Part shown: piece after piece, positions 54,111 to 64,000 of the stretch
Layout: every line of letters starts with the position of its first letter
How positions within the stretch are numbered: position 1 is the stretch's first letter
NCBI RefSeq assembly: GCF_009914755.1
Contig: NC_060931.1
DNA from: the human T2T-CHM13v2.0 reference genome, Homo sapiens
Direction: 5' to 3' (one strand)
Length of the DNA: 64,000 nt
The notes under the pieces: model-generated
The model's database searches: none
What the model saw: only the letters and a program-made list of their open reading frames with translations
Told to the model about the DNA's origin: nothing
Translations under genes and position numbers: made by a program

Positions 54111-55637
54111 GGAGTCTAGCCCATTAGGTTGTTGATCCAGTTGGGATTTTACTTTCTAATATCTTTTTAGTGAACAAAGCAGGTAATATTAGGCATTGCT
54201 CAAGTGAAAAATATATTGCGGGGGGGAGGATTTTTTTGTCCATGTTCAAAATTCAGGAAAATATCATAAAGGGTATATCTATATTAAAGTCTATTTACCT
54301 TGCTTATTTATAGTTGCAAATTTACATAAACCCCATTTAAAATTTTCTTCCACATCATGTAGAATTTTGCCTCTGTTCAATGAGGACGGCAAACTGCAGG
54401 GACGTCTTCTATGGACTCTTATTTTGCCCCCTTCAACCTGACTTTTGATCCTCCAACTTCTCCTTGCTCAGAAGCGAGGTTTTCAATGTTTGACCCAGTA
54501 AAATTTAGTATCAGTAGTCTGAAGCATCTGCTTCTGTGAAGGCTAATTTATCTTTGCTGAAGACCTCATGAGTTTCTTATCCCTGACCCTCATGAGGAAG
54601 TTCCCATGGTCAGAACGCACTACTGTGTCTCCAAATGGCTTTCCTAGGAGACTGTCTTGCTTGCTGATTTACACTGATCAGACATGAGGATTCTGAAACT
54701 TCACAAATATTTATCAAAAGGATTTACAGATGCTTAGTTTTTATAGCTGCTTGTTGATGCAACTGCCACATCAGCTGCCTAAAAAATAAAATGGGTTACT
54801 CATCAGACAGGGACATAAATGATGAAACACAAAAGGCCCACTAATAAATTATACAACCTCCTGTGGACCATGGCACAATGAAGGCAAGGATCCAAGAAAA
54901 GGTTTCTTGAATTGTTTTTTGTCCCTGGCAGGGTGAATTAGGTTGTTCAGGTAAGAGTCATGAATACAAGAATAGGGAGGGAGTGCTTTCAAGAACTGAT
55001 TTATTGATAGGAAGGACCAGGAAGTGGTGATATTTGTTGCACAAATATCTCCTTCCTTGTTCTTTGCCATACACAAGGACTGACCACACTCCTGAGTCAC
55101 CCAGTAGCTACTGCTTTCTTGTTCGCCTGTCTCCCATCTTTCCAGCTTCTTCCACTATGACTCAGGCAACCCTCCAGATTCAAAGACACAGTGGATGGGG
55201 TAGAGCGATTTTTGTGTGTCCTTTTCTCTCTCCTGCATCCCTCTGAGCACATCATTGCCTTACATATCACCACCACAAGACAGGAAAGCCAGGGCCCATC
55301 CAGTGCCCACTGAAGGTGGCTGAATATACCTGGAGCACAATTCTGGCCTGGCTGGAAGGTGAAGAGTTAACAACAGGAATAAGCAAATCTGTCCATTCCT
55401 GAGCATGTCCTTCTCCCATCCTCCCACTCTGTCCTTTACTCCATCCCAACGGTCTTCTTAAAAGGCACCTCTAGGGAAAAATCACTACCAACATCTCTAA
55501 ACCAACTAAACTCATCAAGAGGGTCATCCTCACACATATTACTGTCTAAGCAACTATCGTGCCTTGGGTAACATGAGCTTAAAGGGAGCAGCAATACAGC
55601 ATCTTAGGGGTATAATCATTAAAAGAAAAAAATATGT

Positions 55638-56065
55638 TGTATTACTTCATTTTCTGTTGCTTAGCATATGAAAAACTGGGTAATTTATACAGAAAATGAA
55701 TTTATTTCTTAGTTATTCCTTACCTGAAAAATCCAAGGTCAAGGGGCCATATCTGGTGAGAACCTTCTTGCTGGTGGGCATTTTCTGAGGAATCCCAAGG
55801 CCACACAGGGCATCGCATGGTGAGGGGGCCGAGTGTGCTATCTCAGGGCTCTTTTTCTCTTGTGAAGCCACCAGTTCCATTCCCATGATAACCCATTAAA
55901 ACCCACTACCCATTAATCCACTAATCCATTCAGGAGGGCCAAGACCTCATGATCCAATTACCTCCCAAAGACCTCATCTCTCAGTTGGAGGTGAGGTAAT
56001 CACCACTATATTGGAGATTAAATTTCAGCATGAGTTTTGGAAGGGAAACTATTCAAACCATAAAA
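55638..56065 (-). mobile_element. MSTC-like MaLR solo LTR
   Basis: 'actgggtaatttata...tccaaggtcaaggggccatatctggtgag...cacagggcatcgcatggtgagggggcc...attcaaaccata'. Confidence 0.85.
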
Positions 56066-58036
56066 GGTGTTTATTGGAAAAAGCAGAATTATTAAATCAA
56101 AAATAAAATTTGAGAGTAAGCATATAAAATGTTCTCATACAGCAGATACTAGAAACAAAAACAAGAGGAAAATCATTAAGAAAAACAGGTGACGATGTTA
56201 TTATGAAAAACCAAAGATTGAACAAAATAATAGATTGCCTATCATGTTACATACAGCTGAAGAACTGGAAGATTAAGTAGAAGAAGCTCGCCTTGTCAAA
56301 GGTGGCTACAGTGTATTCCCCAAAGTATTGCTTAATCCATCTGAAATAATTTTCTTTTCATTGCAATCCAATGCAATCTCTTCTTTCCAGGAAATCACTT
56401 ATTTATTCTTGTTATTCAAATCACAGTCAAACTACCTTCACCTCCAATTCACATTATTGAACTGGAAATATAATATACCAGGACCTAGCATCTGCATTCA
56501 GACAGAATATTACCTCACAGATTTTAGATTTTGGGTAGGTTGATGGTGGGTGCCTGACTACATTTGTGTAAATAGTGTCAATCCTGGTGATTGTCTCTAA
56601 TCCAAGATGGTTTTGTCTCCAAAGCTAGCAACATTTTCATTTCTAGGAATTGAAATCACCACTGGTCAACACTCTATCTTTCCCACAAGCCACCCCCCGC
56701 CCACACACCTCAGAAAATGGCAGACACATTGCTAAATGAATAAAATATAAGTCCCTTTTCATCTGATACTGTTATATAGAATGAGATTTGACATGTTTAA
56801 GGAAACATCTTTGCTAGTGTTAAAGGCTCATTCCTCAAAAATGAAACACAATGGACAGTTTTAAGAGTTTGAAATATTCATTTTTTAAAATATCAGGCAC
56901 ATAAATCAATTTGAACATGTTTGAATTTATATACTCTTTTGGTTTGGAGGGAAATAATTTGTACCAGGACTATGTCCAAGTCCTACATATAGCCTCAATA
57001 CTGGTTTGAAATGCCTTAACAGGCAGGGTCTCACAACCTCAGCCCCACCACCCAGGTACTGCAGGTGTTGTCACGAGTAGCTGTTGGAATTACAAAAATA
57101 TTTTTCCGGAAACTACAGAATGTCAAGTTATGCCTTTGAAATTGTGGCATCAGATACAATACATAGCAGGAATTCTCAAATAAAAAATGTCATATTCATT
57201 TCATTCACAGAAGTTTATTAAACACTTCCATGGGCCAGGCACATTTTATATAGGAAACATGCCCATAGTCATTAAAATAATTTATTTGGAAGAAAGATTT
57301 TAAAGGAGGAAAATCTCATACTTCAGTTGTTTTAAAATCACAAATATGACAGCACTGGCTTTCAATGCAGTTAATTTTAGTCCCTAATTCACAGATAATG
57401 ATGGCACCTTAAACATGGAAATGTTTTTCTCCAGAAGAAACTCTGAAATGGACTGGAAAAGTACTGAAATACGTATCTTGTGTAAGCAATTAATAGGAAA
57501 TGTTGCAAATCAGGATCAGATTTGTGCTGTCCTTTTGCTTTTTACAGTAAAATATAATTTATAATCCATGTATAAAATGCTGCTTTTGCTATGCATGGAC
57601 AAGTGGATAGAAGAAACTACTCAGTCATGTGATGCTTCTACCAATAAGGCTTTTACAATATGTACATTCTATATCTCAATGATTGATACAATTTTGGAAA
57701 GAGAAGAGAGAAAATAAGGATTTAATTAGTCTGTGGGTTGAGTAACATCCAAGGATTAATACCTCTGCTTGAAGAAAGGGATAATTTTCTGATGACATCA
57801 TTCATTACAACATGCAGGGTATAAAGAGAGGACACTTCAGTCATTAGCCATGCCCTATGAAATGCAGAGACAACTGCTTGCCTCATTTGCTCATCGTCAA
57901 GTTTTGGCCTTTAAAGTTGTTCAAAACTGACTACTTAAGGCATTTAAAATTAAACACTTAGCCTCGACCCCCCTCAGTTGGCTTAAAATCTTAAACTTCT
58001 TCTATCTGGCAACTAAAAATATTAAATAAGAAATGT

Positions 58037-58402
<366 letters not shown>

Positions 58403-58548
58403 TTAAACCAACTTAACATAATAAACACAACCTAAAGAAATGAAAAGAAACTGAAAGAACAAAAATGAATAAAAATTAAACATATAACAGATATAATAGA
58501 GATAATCAAATGCCCAAAGGCTGATTTTTAAAGAATAGAAAATTTTTT

Positions 58549-60997
58549 AAAATCACATCATCATCTCAATAGATGCAGAAAAAGCATGTGACAAAATCAA
58601 GCATTCCTTTAAGATTCAGACCCTCAGCAAAATTGGCATAGAAAAGACATACCTTAAGGTGATAAAAGCCATCTATGACAAACCCACAGCCAACATTACA
58701 CTGAACATAGAAAAGTTGAAAGCATTCCCCCTGAGAACTGGAACAAGACAAGGATGCCCACTGTCACCACTTCTATTCAACATTGTACTAGAAGTCCTGG
58801 CCAGAGCACCCAGACAAGAGAAATAAATAAAGGGCACCCATACTGGTAAAGAAGAAGTCAAACTGTCGCTTTGCTGATGGTATGATCATATACTTAGAAA
58901 ACCCTAAAATCTCATTCCAAAAGCTCCTATAACTGGTAAATAAATTCAGCAAAGTTTCAGGATGCCAAATTAATGTACGCAAATTGGTAGCTCTGCTATA
59001 CACAAACAGCGACCAGGCTGAGAATCAAATCAATAACTCAATCCCCTTTAACAATATCTATAAAACATATAAAATACTTAGGAATATACCTAACCAAGGA
59101 GGTGAAAGAGTTCTACAAGGAAAACTACAAAACACAGCTGAAAGAAATCATAAGATAACAAAAGCAAATGGAAACACATCCCATGCTCATGGATGGGTAG
59201 AATCAATATTGTGAAAATGACCTTACTGCCAAAAGCAATCTACAAATTCAACGCAATTCCCATCAAAATGCCACCATCATTCTTCACAGAACTAGAAAAA
59301 AAAATTCTAAAATTCACAGGGAACCAAAAAGAAGCCCAAAGAGTCAAAGTAAGACTAAGCAAAAAGAACAAATCTGGAGGCATCACGTTATCCGACTGCA
59401 AACTGTACTATAAGGCTATAGTCACCAAAACAGCATGATACTGTTGTAAAAATAGGCACATAGACCAATGGAACAGAATAGAGAACACAGAAATAATGCC
59501 AAATCCTTACAAGGATTTGGCCTTTAAAGATGTTCAAAACTGGCTATTTAAGGCATTTAAAATTAAACACTTAGCCTCCACCCCCCTCAGTTGGCTTAAA
59601 ATCTTAAACTTCTTCTATCTGGCAACTAAAAATATTAACTAAGAAATGTGGCTGGGTGAGGAGGATCACGCCTGTAATCCCAGCAGGTTGGGAGTAGGGG
59701 ACTAACTGATCTTCGACAAAGCAAACAAAAACAAAGTGGGGAAATGACACCCTTTTCAACACATGGTGCTGGGATAACTGGCAAGCCACATGTAGTAGAA
59801 TAAAACTGGATCCTCGTCTCTCACCTTAGACCAAAATCAACTCAAGATGGATCAAAGACTTAAAACTAAGACCTGAAACCATAAAGATTCTAGAAGAAAA
59901 AATCATTCTAGATATTGGCTTGGGCAAACCCTTCATGACCAAGAACCCAAAAGCAAATGCAGCAAAAACAAAGATAAATAGATGGGACTTAATTAAACTA
60001 AAAAGCTTCTACATAGCAAAGGAAATAATCAGCAGAGTAAACAGACAACCCATGGAGTGGGAGAAAATATTCCCAAACTATGCATACAACAAAGGACTAA
60101 TAGCCAGAATCTACAAAGAATTCAAACAAATTAGCAAGAAAAAAACAAGCAATCTCATCAAAAAGTGGGCCAAGAACATGAATAGACAATTCTCAAAAGA
60201 AGATATACAAATGGCCAATAAGCATATGGAAAAATGCTCAATATCACTAAGTACTAGGGAAATGCAAATCAAAAGCACAAGGAGGTACTACCTCACTCCT
60301 GCAAGAATGGCCATAATTTAAAAATCAAAAACTAATAGATGCTGGTGGGGATGTAGTGAAAGGGGAACATTTTTACACTGTAGGTGGGAATGTAAACTTG
60401 TACAATCACTATGAGAAACAGTGTGATTTAAGATTCCTTAAAGATCTAAAAGTAGATATACCATTTGATGCAGGAATCTCACTACTAGGTATCTTCTCAG
60501 AGGAAAAGTCACTATACAAAAAAGATACTTGCACACATGCTTATAGCAGCACAATTTGCAATTGCAAAAATATGGAACCAGCCCAAATGCCCATCAACGA
60601 TGAGTGGATAAAGAAAATGTGGTATATATACACCATGGAATACCACTCAGCCATAAAACGGCATGAAATAATGACATTCACAGCAAGCTGGATGAAATTG
60701 GAGACTATTATTTTAGCTTAAGTAATTCAGAAATGGAAAACCAAACATCGTATGTTCTCACTCATAATTAGGAGCTAAGCTATGAGGATGCAAAGGCATA
60801 AGAATGATATCATGAACTTTGGGGGACTCGGTGGGGAAAGGGTGGGAGGAGAGGGAAGGATAAAAGACTACACATTGTGTAGAGTGTACAGTGCTTGGGT
60901 GACAAGTGGACCAAAATCTCAGAAATCACCACTAAAGAACTTACCCATGTAACCAAACACCACCTGTTCCCCAAAGACATACCAAAATACAAAAAGA
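58549..60997 (+). mobile_element. 5'-truncated L1PB-like element (decayed ORF2 RT/C-terminus plus 3' UTR)
   Basis: ORF track '[24 protein letters not shown]' and '[12 protein letters not shown]'; 3' end 'aatcaccactaaagaacttacccatgtaaccaaacaccacctgttcccc'. Confidence 0.92.
59516..59694 (+). repeat. Dispersed direct copy of 57903-58081 inserted in L1 ORF2
   Basis: Ungapped 179-nt alignment; 129/134 identical in the non-Alu part. Confidence 0.95.
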
Positions 60998-60998
60998 T

Positions 60999-62200
<1,202 letters not shown>

Positions 62201-62731
62201 CATAAAAAGCTAACAATTGTACAGTACTGATGCTATGCCAAACAGGGCTCTAAGTGCTTTGCATTTAGGCAATGGATAGAGAATTTGGTGGGGTTCAAGA
62301 CTCTGACTTAACTTTCTCAGAAATGCAACTAGCAACTAATTTTCTGGTGACTTATGGATACTACTAGCATCTCTAGAAGAGCTGCTTCAAGCGAACACTA
62401 CCACCCTCCCAAGAATCTCTGCAGTGTAAAGTGAATCTTGTTGTTTATTGTGCGAGATTAGGCAATGCAATATTTCTGATGAAAATTTGAACTCTTTGGA
62501 ATTAGACTGGCTTCATTTTCTGAAAACAGCAATAGTGATCTACTTTACAGCAGAACACAGAGAAAATCTGTCTGTGTGTGGTCAGTACTTTCTGGTCCTT
62601 TAAGGAAAAACAACATACAACACTAAAATGTTGTACCTCCCACTTTACAGTATTTTAAAAAGGATCTCAGAAAAGATCATATGTAAACACAACTGGTTAA
62701 ATTTAAGATGGTCAAAGGATTGGATATTCTG

Positions 62732-62765
<34 letters not shown>

Positions 62766-62944
62766 GTATCCCACTGCCTGCCTAGCCCCAGAAATACAAG
62801 GAACTCAGAAAAGAAAGGGAGGGAAGAAGGAAGGAAAGACTGATTCGATAAGCTAAGGAAAAGTAAAGCAACAACTATTCCTCTTCAATTTTATTTAACC
62901 TTTTATAATACTTGATATTTCAGATGCTGGGAAATGTGTCATAT

Positions 62945-63040
62945 TCAGTTTGATTCAATAAATGTGTGTTAAGCACCTACGATTAGGCACCGTGGTAGGC
63001 ACTGGGTATAGAGATGAAGAAGGCATGAGATATTCCCTGG
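62945..63040 (-). mobile_element. L2 3' remnant
   Basis: 'attcaataaatgtgtgttaagcacctac...aggcaccgtggtaggcactggg'. Confidence 0.6.
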
Positions 63041-63781
63041 AGAGATGTGAGGTTAATGGAAATTGGAAGCATGTGTATTTCCCTCCAGGCAACTAAAAAG
63101 GTGCTTTGCAGACATCTGAACACAGATCAAGAGACACTTTCAAAAATATGAACACTGCATGTAAAAAGTTGAATACCAAAATGAATTTTCTGTCAGCATC
63201 AATACAACAAACCTATTCCTGGCTTATGAAGAGAAAGAAAAAGGATCAGACTCTAATACAAAATAATTTGAAGAATAATTAAAAATATGACTGATTTGAA
63301 GAAGAACAGCCTTATCTACATTCACCTGGTCATTTGGGGGGAAGAAATATATGTATATATAATGTACTATTACAGGAGACTGCCTTTTCTAAAAAGTTGG
63401 TTGTTTTGTTGTCAATGTCGTTTGAGTTCAGCTGCACATATTGGATTGGTGACATGACCCTGAGCATAGCAATTCAGGCTCTGACCAAACAGAGCTGTCA
63501 TGACCAAAATGATAATCAATTACCAAGGACATAGTGAAGAGATGTCCACACTGGACTGGCTGCAGGACGTAACAGAGAGGGAATTCTGCGAAGTTAGAAG
63601 ACTTGTTGGTTCTAAGCCTAAATAATAGCTAAAATGTATAGAGCCCTTATTATATTCCAGGTTGTATGCTAAACCCTTATAGATATTATTTCCTTTTAAT
63701 CTGATGGTTTAGATTTGGGCCTGAAAAATGCCTATATGTAAACTCAGGCCATACCATTTTGCTTTCTGCTCATCTGCCATG

Positions 63782-63972
63782 GCAAAGTCTAGCGTTATTG
63801 GCATTTAGACTATGTAATTCTTTCTTATGGGGGACTGTCCTGTGCGTTGTAGGATGTTTAGCAGTATATCCCCAGCATCTAGTAGATGCCAGTAGCAGAA
63901 AAAAAAAAAAAAGGTTTCAGATGTTACCTAATGTTCTCTGACAGTGAAAATTGTCTCTGGTTGACAATCACT
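63782..63972 (-). mobile_element. MER20
   Basis: 'ggggactgtcctgtgcgttgtaggatgtttagcag...tagatgccagtagc...ggttgacaatcact'. Confidence 0.75.
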
Positions 63973-64000
63973 TTAACAGAGGAATACTTATTATCTTGAG

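Noticed and set aside
55984-55999. About 15-nt extra segment in MSTC partly inverted to nearby 'attacctc'
   Set aside because: Match too short and composite to call a templated insertion
58984-60721. ORFs of 76-133 aa with L1 ORF2p similarity
   Set aside because: Fragments of a truncated, frameshifted L1PB ORF2, not a functional gene

Overview
AT-rich primate (human-like) nuclear DNA that looks intronic or intergenic. A large share is transposon-derived: about 14 Alu/FLAM copies, several nested or fragmented L1s (L1PB, L1MB/MC/ME-like), MIR and L2 remnants, ERV1 solo LTRs (MER50, LTR8, MER61), MaLR LTRs (MLT1, THE1D/MSTA, MSTC) and DNA transposon fossils (MER5, MER20, MER44A, MER63A, MADE1). 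I recognise no protein-coding gene, RNA gene, CpG island or CRISPR-like array. The ORF track is mostly Alu or L1 ORF2 translation plus chance ORFs. The clearest unexplained structure is a set of local templated copies at rearrangement junctions: a 179-bp copy of flanking DNA inside an L1PB, two inverted copies (51 bp and 29 bp, each about 120 bp from its template) at element breakpoints, and a four-unit micro-palindrome. There is also an old L1 with twin-priming-like geometry and a few exon-like segments, mostly on the minus strand, that could belong to an unidentified lncRNA or decayed gene. These are mutational scars and weak candidates. The sequence does not demonstrate a new biological system. 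Repeat subfamily names come from recalled consensus sequences and need RepeatMasker/Dfam confirmation.
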